Shown one piece after another: positions 45,522 through 56,000 of a stretch of DNA of 64,000 bases; the stretch's first letter is position 1; every line of letters starts with the position of its first letter. The position numbers were made by a program, and so were the translations under genes. The notes beneath the pieces are model-generated. The model searched no databases and was not told the DNA's origin. It worked only from the letters and a program-made list of their open reading frames with translations. The stretch covers positions 2,985 through 66,984 of the forward strand of contig CDRNVI010000155.1 in NCBI GenBank assembly GCA_977017575.1, given 5' to 3'. The stretch is from Paramoeba atlantica (Eukaryota; Protista; Discosea).

Positions 45522-45569
45522 AACCAATCAAATATTGACACGTTGGCACCATACAAAAATTCCGTAATG
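45522..45569 (-). repeat. right TIR
   Basis: Reverse complement is cattacggaatttttgtatggtgccaacgtgtcaatatttgattggtt. The single mismatch to the left TIR is a CpG>TpG change. Confidence 0.9.
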
Positions 45570-47222
45570 TAGAGGAAGAGGAAGAGGAAGAAGACTTCTT
45601 GGGTGACTTGGAAGTCGATGATTTGGAGGATGATGACTTAGAGGAAGATGATTTAGAAGGAGGTGGATTCAGAGGGTGTTTCTGATGATACCTTTCGATT
45701 TGTTCTGAGGCATCAATTTGTGAAACATGGATCCATTCAGTGTTGGCCTTTCAGTAGTGTTTGAAATGCACTTGATAATAAAGTTCTCCATTCGAATACT
45801 TATGCTTAAGGATTTCCTTCACTTCAAAATCATAACCATCATCATCTTCAACAATCTCTTTGGGTGCTGGCTCTGAATTAACAATAGATATTTCATTTGA
45901 TTCAGGATGCAGAGTAATCTTGTACTGAACATGGAGTTTCTTTAAGTTCTGAATGTTTTGGATTTCTGAATTCTTCTCTTGTTTGAGTTCTTGAATCTGG
46001 TAACTTCCATTCTTAAGATCCTCCACAACCACATAAATCTCTTGATAATAATAGGGTCTGTACTTCTTCACAATCTCTTTTCCTTTTGATTTGTTTCTCT
46101 TCAACACTTGATCACCAACCTTCAACACAGTGTATGTTCCTTCATTTGCTTTGTCATATCATTGTTTTTATTTCACAGCCACTTTCTCTCTCTTTTCTCA
46201 AACCCAATTAATCATGCCCTCCCTCTCAGTTTGTAGCTTCTTGACATAGTCATCAATCAGTACCACTGGTTTGTTCACAGAGCCGAAGAGAGAATTGATT
46301 GGCATAATTGGATGTCTCCCAAAGTGAAGATAGAAAGGTGTGTAACCAGTTGAGGAGGAATGAGAAGTATTGAAAGCAAATTCCACAAGAGGTAAGAGAA
46401 GGTCCCAATCATCTGCATATTTATCAACAAATGAGCAAATGATTGATTCTGTAACTTTGTGGGAACATTCAACATGGCCATTACTTTTGGAGTTGTAGGG
46501 GGCAATAAAAGTTTGTTTCATTCTGAGAAGCTGGGTCAGTTTTGCAAAAATTTGATTTGCAAATTCTGAACCATTATCTGTTACTATCTGCAAAGGCATT
46601 GAATTAACACAAACATACTGAAGTAAGGCTTCAGCAGAGGCTTCAGCAGAGGGATCTGGAATTGCATACAGACATATATAGTCACTAAAGTTATCAAGGA
46701 TAGCCAAAATAAAAGAATTCCCATGAGCAGTGACTTTTGGTCCCTTTGTACAATCCAGGTGGAGTAAAATTCCAGGGTAAGAAGCCATGTAAGGATTTAA
46801 ATCAGATGTCAATGTCTTTGTTTTTGAGTTGATCACACAATTAAGGCAACAGTGATAGTAACCTTTGATCACAGCACTCATACCAGGAAAATAATAGGAG
46901 ACAGCAATTGCATCATAAAGTTGCTTGAACTTGTGGTGTCCAGAGATTAGATCTGAATGATAAGTGTCAAATACTGTATTCCACAAACTCTGGGGCAGAA
47001 TTGCAGGTGGGAAACAACCAGCAGCTGTAGTTTCATCCACTTTCCTCAAGATTCCAGATTCATCAACCCAGTACTTGTGAGCAGTTTGTTGGAGTGCTCA
47101 AAGATAGTGCTTCCTCTTAGGCAAGAGGCTATTAATCAAGTAGTTAATAATCATTGAGCAAAACTTATCTTTCCTTTGAGCCTGAGCAAGGTAAGGAAGT
47201 TCAACTAAAACCTGATCAATGT
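45570..47222 (-). pseudogene. old Gypsy, segment 3: integrase + chromodomain
   Basis: YHSDLISGH..CLNC, LHLDC, IVTDNGSEF, SNGHVE, FGRHP, FEVKEILKHK..YYQVHFKHY. Paralogous to the intact element, with stops. Confidence 0.9.
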
Positions 47223-47226
47223 CATC

Positions 47227-47540
47227 TGTGCAGATTAAGTTCTACAGGGGTTGCAAGAGAAAAGGGAAAGCACAAGTTTTTGTCAGGAAAGTTAAAAGTG
47301 GTTTACTAAGGAGGTTAAAGGTCAGGTGTGACGAAAGGAAAGGTCCGTGGAGAATTCTTTCAGGCGTGACCGTTCTGGGAAGCGGTTACTGGATCAATAA
47401 AGGTGTCCGAAGACAATTTGAGGAATATCTTCTTTAGCGTTCTAGTTTAGCGCGTTATTTTCTTTTTCGCGTTTCTTGTTTTGTTGCGGGAGTTTGGTTG
47501 TTTGTTCGTTCGTTTAGTTTTGTTCAGAAGCAGCTGTGCA
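47227..47540 (-). repeat. 3' LTR of the intact Gypsy
   Basis: Differs from the 5' LTR at 4 of 314 positions. PPT-like cccgggagga on the minus strand at 47541-47550. Confidence 0.95.
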
Positions 47541-47802
47541 TCCTCCCGGGGCTCGAAGAACGTCTAGCTTGCGTTATAAGGATTTGTAAAGCAATGGAGA
47601 TGTTGCTATAAGTTTGGAATCGCATGGAAAACCCAGTGGGAAAAAAAGCCATGGTTCAGGAGTTGTCCGCAGGAGGGAGCCAATGCCGAGAGCTGGTGTG
47701 GAAGGGGCAAAAGCTCGTTGTGTGAGGAAACCCAAGAGTTCTGGGAGGAAAACCTCACTTTCTTGCAAGAGGAAGGACCATTGGAGTGTAACTCTTGGTC
47801 TG

Positions 47803-50800
47803 TTATTCATAATCAGCGTAACGAGTACTGGCTCGTAGCCTCCTCCCCCGAGCAGAAAAATTGGGCTGGGGTTGAGTTGGGAGGGTGTTTGTCGAAGCAG
47901 CTGCAGCTGCCTGGGGCTGTGGTAGTGGAGGGGTAACATTGTGATTTCGTTTATAGAATTCAATGAGATCAGGAGCATCGATTTCATCTGCAAGAAACCA
48001 GACTGCGTGGTCTGCTCGGAAATTTTTGTATTGAACTTTGTAATGAAGTCTTCCCTGTGGGTCGAATTTGTGAGCAAGAATTTTCTTTAATTCATAGTCA
48101 CAATCATCACCCAGGTCGAAGTCATCAAATTCAATTTGTTCGTCATCCTCAGGGAGACAGACAGGTTGTTCTGTGAGTGCCTGGTTTGCAGGTTCATGAT
48201 TTAATTCATATCGAATTTTTAGTTTTTTTAATCTCATAATGTTTTCAGTTCGCGGAAGTTCTTCCCATTTGAGATCTTGGATCGTATATGTTCCGTTGGA
48301 ATGGATACCGGTGACCTTGTAGATTTTTCGGTAGAAAAGTGGTCGGTATTTCTTTCCTATGGAGCTGTCTTTGTCATCCTTTGCGAGGAGGACAAAATCT
48401 CCAAGGTTCAGCATTTTAATCATTGTGTGATGGGTTTCATCATAGCGATCTTTGTAAAGGTTTGCTGCTTTTTGTTTTTGGTCTTTGACCCAAGCAAATA
48501 CTATATCTTGTTGAGTTTGTAGTGTTTTAACATACTCATGTGCTGTTGTAACAGGACGGTATGCTGTGTCGTACAAAGCCTCAATGGGTAAGACTGGATG
48601 TCTTCCATAGAAAAGAAAGAATGGCGTATAATTTGTAACTGAGGATTCAGATGTGTTGTATGCGAATTCTAAGAGCGGGATCAGCAGGTTCCAATCATCT
48701 TTGAAGTCATTGATGAAAGCACAGATCATTGTTTTGATCACTCGATGTGTTTCTTCGACTTTTCCATTACTTTGCGAATGGAGAGGGCAAATCAAGGTGT
48801 GTTTGATTCCAAGCAAATGAATCAGGTCAGCAATTAATTCATTTGCAAATTCTCTTCCATTATCAGTAATGATTTTTAAAGGCATTGAATGTAAGCAAAC
48901 ATATTTGAAGAGCGATGATGCAGATGTATTAGCATCAGGTTGAGGGATGGCATATAAGCGGAGATATCCCATAAAGATGTCAACAACTGCAAGGATGTGT
49001 GAATTTCCTCGAATTGTTCTGTTTGGTCCTGGGGTGCAGTCAATCTGGATTACCAGGCCAGGGTATTGTATGTTGCGGGTTGGATTTAATTCTGCGCGCA
49101 ATTGGGCAGTTCTGGTTGTTATTTGGCATTCCAAGCAACGGTTACAATATGCTTTAATGTAGGTATACATTTGTTCAAAATAGAATGAATCTCGAATAAC
49201 TTTGTAAAGTTTTTCGAATTTTCGGTGTCCTCCTGTGGGAGAGTTATGACTGATGTCAATTACTTCATCCCAGAGAGCTTTGGGGAGAACTGCAGGTGGC
49301 AGTCCTTTTTCTATTGGGAACATCTCATCGATTTTTCGAAGGATGCCTTGGTCGTCAACCCAATATTTGTGAGATTGTGTTTGCAGGTATTTGAGAGCTG
49401 ATTTTCTTCTAGGAAGTGTCTCAAATTGAAGATAATTGATTAATTTTAAACAGTGTTTGTCTTCCCGTTGCATTCGAGCAAGTCGTGAAAGATTAACTGG
49501 TTGGTCAATTTCTTCTGAAAAGGTGTCCCCCCCCTCGCTTGTGGAGGCTTCTTGAAGAAGAAGGAGGTCAGGTCCTGAATTTTCAATTGTTCTTATTTCA
49601 GGAATATGTGCATTTTGTTCCTCAAGGAAGTCTAATCTTTGTAAAAGGTCAGATTGTTTGTCCAGAGATTTGTTGGTTTCACTGTTTCCAGTTTTGACTG
49701 CTGTCTCAACCATATCTTTAAAGATGTTTGTTATCTCATCAGTTTCTGTTTCAGTGTCATATGTAGCATAATGACGGCTGAGGGCATCTGGAATTGCCAT
49801 TAGTTTGCCTGGTTTGTGTATAACACGGACGTTATACTGCAGGATTCTTGCGATCCAGTCACAGAGCATTTTGTGATTGGGCATGTGTTCAGTTGCGTTT
49901 ATTATGTCAGAGAGACTGCTGCAATCGCAGTATACGATTGGGTCGCGTCCGTAAACATAATATTTGAATGTGTTGAGTGACCAAAGAATTCCAAGACCTT
50001 CACGGACTGGATTTGTGTATTTTCTTTGTGTCTCAGTAAGCGCATGAGATGCATACTCAACAACTCGGTGATTACCATTCTCATCTAGTTGTGTGAGGAT
50101 GGCTCCAAGGCCAGTTTTGCTTGCGTCTACATGGATGTAGAATTGTTTTGAGAGATTGGGGTGAGCCATGCATGTCTCATCAGTAAGCATTTCTTTTAAC
50201 AATTCAATTTCATTGATTGCTTTTTTTGTCAATTTAAATGATTTGTTATCCAGTTGGGCTGCTTTTCGAAGATTTGCGGTTAATGCTGAAAGCCTTGGTA
50301 TAAATCTTCTGAGCCATGATGTCATGCCTAAGAATCTGCTCACCTCTTTTGGTGTTCTTGGCAGTGGATAGTCTTTGATTGCTTTGACTTTTTTGGGATT
50401 AGGCGATAATCCATCTTTTGATGCAACAAACCCAAGTATTTCGAATGTGGGTCTGCAAAAGGAGCATTTTGAGGGTTGTAAGATGAGATTGTGATCTCTC
50501 AATCTTGTGAGGATTTGTTCAAGGTGCTTGATATGATCCTCAAATGATGTACTGAAAGCGAGTATATCATCAAGATAAGCAAAACAGCATATCCATAGGA
50601 GACCATTTAGAACAGCCTCTATGAATCGTTGTTGCGTTGGGGGTGCGTTGCATAACCCGAATGGCATGGAAAGAAATTCCCAGAGGCCGTATTTGCTTGT
50701 AAAAGCTGTTTTTTCGATGTCATTCGGATGGATTGGAATTGACCAGAATGCGTCAGTGAGATCAATTGTTGAGAAATAAGAAGCATTCCCCAATACTGCA

Positions 50801-53800
50801 AGTATTTCATCCATTTTTGGAAGTGGGTATGAATCTTTCTTTGTCACTTTGTTAAGTGCTCTAAAATCAATGCAAAATCTGATTTTTCCATTTTTCTTAT
50901 CAGCTAATAAAATGGGTGAAGCCCAAGGCGATTTTGATGGTCTAATAACTTTGCGAAGTGCCATCTTATTGATGTGTTGCCAGATGATATGATCTTCAAC
51001 TGGACTTGTCCTGCGAGGATTATGTTTAATTGGTGGACCCTCAACCTCTATTGTATGAGAGGTAGAGGTTGTTCTTTCGAGAGGTCCTTCTCTTTTTTCT
51101 TTACTCCAAAGATCTTTGAAAGAGTGGAGCAGAGTTGCTAATTTTTCTTTTTGAACAGCTGTCAAATTTGTTGAGTCGATTTTGAACTCATCATAAACTT
51201 GTTGAAGTTCTGGATTCCGAGTTTGCGGGGAATCAGATTCATCAGTGGGCTTTTGGGAATCTGCCAGTTTTGCTGCAAGCATTTGAATAACTGGTTCTTC
51301 GCCAATGCCATCGAATTGTTTGTTTTTAATAAAGGGTTTGTTGTCCTTTTGGAGTTGTTTTGGATAGATTGGTTCTGTTTTCTGCCAATTGCAATTGGGT
51401 GTTTTGTGTTTTTGTTCCGGTTTTTTCGGTGGAGAAGGGGTTTCCTTCTTGAAATTAAATTTTGTTTCCGTAATAGGATTTTTTGTGAGCTCAATGAGCT
51501 CTGTATCAGCCACATCTTGTTCGTTGACCATGTAGACTTTTCCAAGCACGGCTTTGTCTGGTATGGTAACGGTTTGTGCTGTTGGATTTGCTACCAACAG
51601 TGTGATTTCTCCATCACTGCGGATGTCCACAAGTCCAGGAAAAGCCAGCAGCTTTCCACCTCCAGTGACTATCGGTATAAAGAATCCTTGTGGCGATGTG
51701 ATAGGTCTAACTAATTTGAGTGTTATTGTTTTTAAAGCTCTTGGCGGACACTTTGCCCTCACAGCTTGGGCGTGAAGTAATCCTGCATGACCAAAGATCT
51801 TTAAATGCTCAAGCGCAAGTGGATCCATCTGATTAGAGAGATCTGAGGGGGGGTTTGCTTGTGTTTGGAATTTACCCCTGTAAGTTATGGTGTTGTCACT
51901 TGGATTATATGCAATTCGCATGCGATGCGAGGTTGGTCGACCGATTAAGCATTGAACTGGCAAGTGATCAACAATGAGAAACCATAACTTAGCAGTGCAT
52001 TCCCCAAATTGAAATGTGGTTGCAATTGCCTGCTTAGCGAGAGTTTGGGTTGAATTTCCCATTGCAATGCGGAATGGAGTTTCAAGTTCTCTGATTTCCT
52101 CAGTTTTGAATCCATGTTTTTGCGTTAATTCTCGGCTAATAGCATTGAGTCCTGCCCCGGTATCAAGGCAGGTGACCGTTTGGAGGCCTCCCACAGTTGC
52201 TTGAAATTCCAGCGGCGACCCAATTATTGCTGTGACCTCATCAGCTTTTTGTGGATGGGCGTTTTGGGTTGGAAGATGCTGCAACAGTTGGAATTCTGCT
52301 TCGCAGGGAGCAGATGCAGGTGCCTGATGGGCTGTTCTCTCAATCATTCCACAGCGCGTTTTGTGTTCTTTGCAAAAAGACGATTTGAGAGATGTTTGAG
52401 CGTGAGGGATTTCCTTTTCTGATTCACAACCGTCAAGTTTGTACGACACGGTCTGACATTGTTTATCACAAGGAGGAATTCTCTCATCAGTCTCAATATT
52501 AATAAAAGCAGCGGGGTAATTTTGGAAAGGTTTATTAGCATTACCTTGTTGAATAGCAGGTTGTGCTTGAGCAACAGTTTGTTGTTGTTGTGGAGGCGAA
52601 GCAGCAGGTTGTGTGGCTGCTTTTTGGAGGTGTGGGGTCAAAGCAGCCAGTAACTTTGGAACAAATGAGTTGATCATTTGCTCTTCAGTTCGTGGTTTCT
52701 TTGTGGGGGGTTCCCCAGTATTGCGAGGAGGTTTGTGAGGATTGTTCCCGCGAGCATTTGGGTTTCCACGTGGATTGTGTGGTGGTTGTTTGTACCTTCT
52801 CTTTGATGGAGGTGGTTCATTACCAGCTCGCAGAGCCGCAATCACTCGACAATCTTTGTCAGCATGGGTGATATTGAATCCATGAATGGAGCAGCAATAG
52901 ACAAAAGAAGCGTTTGTCAAGTTTGGAGTTTTGTTAAAACAGGTAAATTGTTCACGGTATCCGAGAACTCGAGGGCAGTTCAGGGAGGAGTGATCAGTAC
53001 TGGCGCAAGCCAAACACATTGTCTGCTGCTGCAGATCTTGTGCCGCATCTCTGAATTCCTGATTGTGAGGGTCCAGGCGGAGTATAGGTGTGGGTGAAGG
53101 AGTGGTATTGGAGCGGATGAAAGGATATTTTGGTTGGCTCTTGCATGAGATAGCTGTTTCTTCAGGTGGTTGATCAGGTGATAACCTCTTGACCGCTTGC
53201 CAGGCTTCTGAGAAAGGTGAGGAGAGGATTTTGTCTTGTAGAGTTTGGAAGATTCGGGGGTCAGTCAACCGTATGCCTCTCTCATACTCTCTCTCTGCTG
53301 CTTGGCGGAAGATTTGAAGGTGTTGGGAGAGTTTGATTGAATTGTCAAACACTAACCGCGCGATCCACCTCGTCGATACCAGTGAGCTGTTGGATCCCAG
53401 TTCCATGTTAATGGCCGTCAAGAAATCTTGAAAAGGTTGGAAGGAGGTGGCAACCACGGTGTAGCCCTTCGACTTCAAGTGTTTAGACAACACTTGAGAG
53501 AGAAATTTGTAGTTCGGCCAGAAGTCGCAAGTCCATGTATAGTAGATGTTGGAGAGAAAATGGGTAAAGCGTGTCCGACTGTTTTCACCTGTCGCAGGGG
53601 GTGGTGTGAGGCTTGAGTCCAAGAATGATTCAAAAGATTTTTGAATTGTCTTGTGGGTTTTTGCTTCATACGGGGTAAGGTTCTTTGGGAGAGGAACCTT
53701 CTCGTTCGGTTCAGGCTCGCTGATGATAGTCGAGAGGTCGAGGTTGCCAAAGTTCAAGTTTGGTTGAGGCCGTTGCTGAGTTGCATTCTCATTCACAGCT

Positions 53801-53859
53801 GTTTGACCAAGGGTGGTTGGACCCAAGACAGTTTCATCAGTGTTTGTGTTACGGTCCAT
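47803..53859 (-). CDS. Gag-Pol polyprotein (2018 aa): Gag - PR - RT - RNase H - IN - chromodomain
   Basis: ATG 53859 just after the PBS. CLDTGAG (PR), FAYLDD (RT), HVDAS/YCDC/PDALSR (RH), H..GGH..CNRC + IDC/TDNG/GKVEE (IN), YELKKILAH..YKVQYKNF..W (chromo). Confidence 0.97.
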   Translation of the reverse strand: MDRNTNTDETVLGPTTLGQTAVNENATQQRPQPNLNFGNLDLSTIISEPEPNEKVPLPKNLTPYEAKTHKTIQKSFESFLDSSLTPPPATGENSRTRFTHFLSNIYYTWTCDFWPNYKFLSQVLSKHLKSKGYTVVATSFQPFQDFLTAINMELGSNSSLVSTRWIARLVFDNSIKLSQHLQIFRQAAEREYERGIRLTDPRIFQTLQDKILSSPFSEAWQAVKRLSPDQPPEETAISCKSQPKYPFIRSNTTPSPTPILRLDPHNQEFRDAAQDLQQQTMCLACASTDHSSLNCPRVLGYREQFTCFNKTPNLTNASFVYCCSIHGFNITHADKDCRVIAALRAGNEPPPSKRRYKQPPHNPRGNPNARGNNPHKPPRNTGEPPTKKPRTEEQMINSFVPKLLAALTPHLQKAATQPAASPPQQQQTVAQAQPAIQQGNANKPFQNYPAAFINIETDERIPPCDKQCQTVSYKLDGCESEKEIPHAQTSLKSSFCKEHKTRCGMIERTAHQAPASAPCEAEFQLLQHLPTQNAHPQKADEVTAIIGSPLEFQATVGGLQTVTCLDTGAGLNAISRELTQKHGFKTEEIRELETPFRIAMGNSTQTLAKQAIATTFQFGECTAKLWFLIVDHLPVQCLIGRPTSHRMRIAYNPSDNTITYRGKFQTQANPPSDLSNQMDPLALEHLKIFGHAGLLHAQAVRAKCPPRALKTITLKLVRPITSPQGFFIPIVTGGGKLLAFPGLVDIRSDGEITLLVANPTAQTVTIPDKAVLGKVYMVNEQDVADTELIELTKNPITETKFNFKKETPSPPKKPEQKHKTPNCNWQKTEPIYPKQLQKDNKPFIKNKQFDGIGEEPVIQMLAAKLADSQKPTDESDSPQTRNPELQQVYDEFKIDSTNLTAVQKEKLATLLHSFKDLWSKEKREGPLERTTSTSHTIEVEGPPIKHNPRRTSPVEDHIIWQHINKMALRKVIRPSKSPWASPILLADKKNGKIRFCIDFRALNKVTKKDSYPLPKMDEILAVLGNASYFSTIDLTDAFWSIPIHPNDIEKTAFTSKYGLWEFLSMPFGLCNAPPTQQRFIEAVLNGLLWICCFAYLDDILAFSTSFEDHIKHLEQILTRLRDHNLILQPSKCSFCRPTFEILGFVASKDGLSPNPKKVKAIKDYPLPRTPKEVSRFLGMTSWLRRFIPRLSALTANLRKAAQLDNKSFKLTKKAINEIELLKEMLTDETCMAHPNLSKQFYIHVDASKTGLGAILTQLDENGNHRVVEYASHALTETQRKYTNPVREGLGILWSLNTFKYYVYGRDPIVYCDCSSLSDIINATEHMPNHKMLCDWIARILQYNVRVIHKPGKLMAIPDALSRHYATYDTETETDEITNIFKDMVETAVKTGNSETNKSLDKQSDLLQRLDFLEEQNAHIPEIRTIENSGPDLLLLQEASTSEGGDTFSEEIDQPVNLSRLARMQREDKHCLKLINYLQFETLPRRKSALKYLQTQSHKYWVDDQGILRKIDEMFPIEKGLPPAVLPKALWDEVIDISHNSPTGGHRKFEKLYKVIRDSFYFEQMYTYIKAYCNRCLECQITTRTAQLRAELNPTRNIQYPGLVIQIDCTPGPNRTIRGNSHILAVVDIFMGYLRLYAIPQPDANTSASSLFKYVCLHSMPLKIITDNGREFANELIADLIHLLGIKHTLICPLHSQSNGKVEETHRVIKTMICAFINDFKDDWNLLIPLLEFAYNTSESSVTNYTPFFLFYGRHPVLPIEALYDTAYRPVTTAHEYVKTLQTQQDIVFAWVKDQKQKAANLYKDRYDETHHTMIKMLNLGDFVLLAKDDKDSSIGKKYRPLFYRKIYKVTGIHSNGTYTIQDLKWEELPRTENIMRLKKLKIRYELNHEPANQALTEQPVCLPEDDEQIEFDDFDLGDDCDYELKKILAHKFDPQGRLHYKVQYKNFRADHAVWFLADEIDAPDLIEFYKRNHNVTPPLPQPQAAAAASTNTLPTQPQPNFSARGRRLRASTRYADYE

Positions 53860-53870
53860 AAGTTCGAAAC

Positions 53871-53880
53871 GGCGTCGCCA
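53871..53880 (-). other. primer-binding site TGGCGACGCC (tRNA 3' end ..GGCGUCGCCA; isoacceptor not assigned)
   Basis: Begins with TGG 2 nt inside the 5' LTR boundary. Confidence 0.75.
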
Positions 53881-53882
53881 AG

Positions 53883-54196
53883 TGTGCAGATTAAGTTCTA
53901 CAGGGGTTGCAAGAGAAAAGGGAAAGCACAAGTTTTTGTCAGGAAAGTTAAAAGTGGTTTACTAAGGAGGTTAAAGGTCAGGTGTGATGAAAGGAAAGGT
54001 CCGTGGAGAATTCTTTCAGGCGTGACCGTTCTGGGAAGCGGTTACTGGATCAATAAAGGTGTCCGAAGACAATTTGAGGAATATCTTCTTTAGCGTTCTA
54101 GTTTAGCACGTTATTTTCTTTTTCGTGTTTCTTGTTTTGTTGCGGGAGTTTGGTTGTTTGTTCGTTCATTTAGTTTTGTTCAGAAGCAGCTGTGCA
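53883..54196 (-). repeat. 5' LTR of the intact Gypsy
   Basis: Direct repeat of 47227-47540 that carries the derived allele at all four CpG differences. Confidence 0.95.
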
Positions 54197-54200
54197 CATC

Positions 54201-55331
54201 CATATCCGCTTCAACATTCTCAGAACTTTCTTTTGCTGTGGAAAGTGGCAGAGGCAGTGATCAAATAGGAGGAATGTCACAAATTTCCGGCTCACTGATT
54301 AATTCAATTTTTTCCAAAATGTTGTTTTGTCTTGAGAGGATATGGGTTTTTCCTGAAGAAGATTGTCCCAAATCCACCAACTCTTCAAACCAATGAGTCA
54401 CATAATCCTTTGAAGTGGCCTTATCATGATATCCAACATACTGGTGGCTTAGAGCATCAGGGATTGTCATCAACTTTCCAGGTTTGTGAATGACCTTTGA
54501 GTGATATTCTAGAATTCGAGCAACCCAATCACACAGCATATCATGGTTCAGTACTTTCTGTTGACCTGTTTTAAACACAGATTTGAGAGATTCACAATCA
54601 CAGAACATAATAGGATTTCGACCATGGACATAATACTTGAAGTTGTTTAATGCCCACAGGATTCCAAGGCCCTCCTGCAGAGGATTAGTGTACTTCTGCT
54701 GTGTCTCTATGAGTGTTTGAGAAGCATACTCAATAACTTGGTGGTGACCATCTTGATCCATCTGAGTGAGAATCACTCTAAGACCAAGCTTGCTGGCATC
54801 AACATGGATAAAAAATTCCTTTGAGAAGTCAGGATGGGCCATACAGGTTTCAGATGTCAAGAGCTCCTTTAAGAGATATATCTCCTTGATGGATTCTTGG
54901 GATAGCAAAAACTTCTTTGGATCCATCACTTTGGCTTTTCTCAAGTGTGTTGTTAAACTGAATGAACGAGGGATAAACTGTTTTAACCAAGTAACCATTT
55001 TCAAAAATCTCTCAACTTCCTTTGGAGTAGTCAGAAGTGGGTAATTCTGAATTGCCTCAACTTTTTTCAGATTTGGCTTCAAACCATCCTTCGTTGTGAT
55101 AAATCCAAGAATTTCAAAATTTGGCTTGCAAAACAAGCACTTTGCTGGTTGGAGCATCAAATTATTGTCCCTCAATCTTTGGAAAATTTTTGTCAGATCA
55201 GCCAGATGTTGTTCAAACATTGAGCTGTAACAAAGGATGTCATCAATGTAGGCAAAACAACATTGCCAAACCAAACTGCTCAAGACCATTTTAATAAACT
55301 ATTGTTGTGTTGCTGGAGTGTTACATAACCC
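54201..55331 (-). pseudogene. old Gypsy, segment 2: RT C-half + RNase H
   Basis: FGLCNTPATQQ*FIK..FAYIDD, HVDASK, PDALSH. Joins segment 3 across the CATC TSD. Confidence 0.92.
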
Positions 55332-55873
55332 AAAAGTGTTACAATCCTGTTGGCTCTTGTGTTTTCCATTTGGAGCCATTCTCACTCCCTCTTCTGCCAA
55401 ACAACTGATCTCTCTCTCCCTGTTCTCCCCGATTGACACTCTCTCTCTTCCCTCTCTTTTCCTTCTTCTCTTTTCTCTCTCTCTCTCTTCTTTCACTTCC
55501 TCTTCTCTCATCCTTCCTCCCTCCTTCTCTTTCTTTCCTCTTTCCTTCCTTTCCTTTTTCTTTTTCCCCTTTTCTCACTTTTCCTCCCCTCTCTTTTCTC
55601 CTGTCTTTTTCCTTTTCTCTGTGCTTTTCAGGATGTTGATTCATGAATGATCCATCTGTGTTCTATTGCAGTTATCTGCCACTAAAACGCTCTTTTCATG
55701 CTGTTTTCACTGTCTTTCTCTCCTTTGTTTTGTGTTGTTTTCTCCCCTTTTTCTCTGCTGTCACAAATCATTTGTTCCCCCTTTTCTGTTTGTTGATACA
55801 AATAAATCATTCTCTTCAGTTCCTTTCTGTTGTGTTTTTCTTGTCCCTCTCCCTCTTCCCCTTGGCCACACAA

Positions 55874-55895
55874 ATTAAGAGTCGAGGGCTCTGCC
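55874..55895 (+). other. PBS complementary to the D-arm/anticodon half of a tRNA-Lys(CUU)
   Basis: Reverse complement GGCAGAGC-C-CTCGA-CT-CTT-AA-T matches tRNA positions 18-39 with anticodon CTT. Confidence 0.75.
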
Positions 55896-56000
55896 CTGGG
55901 TGAAGTTGTTAGTGAGGAAGAGGTCTACTCTCCCATCACACCCCTTTCTTGTTTTGTTTTTGTTTTTGTTTTATTTGTATCCCTCGATCCACAATATCAA

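Larger units (their letters stand above)
38306..45569. mobile_element. 7264-bp TIR DNA transposon carrying a RAG1/Transib-like transposase, a TET/JBP-like dioxygenase and two other ORFs
   Basis: 48-bp TIRs with 1 mismatch. It splits the old Gypsy tail, and all four ORFs lie inside the TIRs. Confidence 0.85.
47227..54196 (-). mobile_element. intact Ty3/Gypsy chromovirus-type LTR retrotransposon
   Basis: 314-bp TG..CA LTRs (47227-47540 and 53883-54196), 4-bp TSD CATC (47223-47226 and 54197-54200), PBS, PPT and a single open gag-pol frame. Confidence 0.97.

Noticed and set aside
38306-45569. Canonical Transib assignment
   Set aside because: Ends are CATTA, not CAC, and there is no 5-bp TSD. 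Reported only as RAG1/Transib-like.
51500-51800. Functional dUTPase between PR and RT in the Gypsy
   Set aside because: The spacing is dUTPase-like, but the conserved catalytic motifs are not recognisable.
53861-53880. tRNA gene or an 18-nt tRNA match (GTTCGAA T-loop look-alike)
   Set aside because: The spacing from the T-loop to CCA is too short for a tRNA. Only the terminal 10 nt or so are kept as the PBS.
53860-53931. ORF-track start of the Gypsy polyprotein at 53931
   Set aside because: It is a non-ATG start inside the LTR/PBS. The first ATG after the PBS is at 53859.
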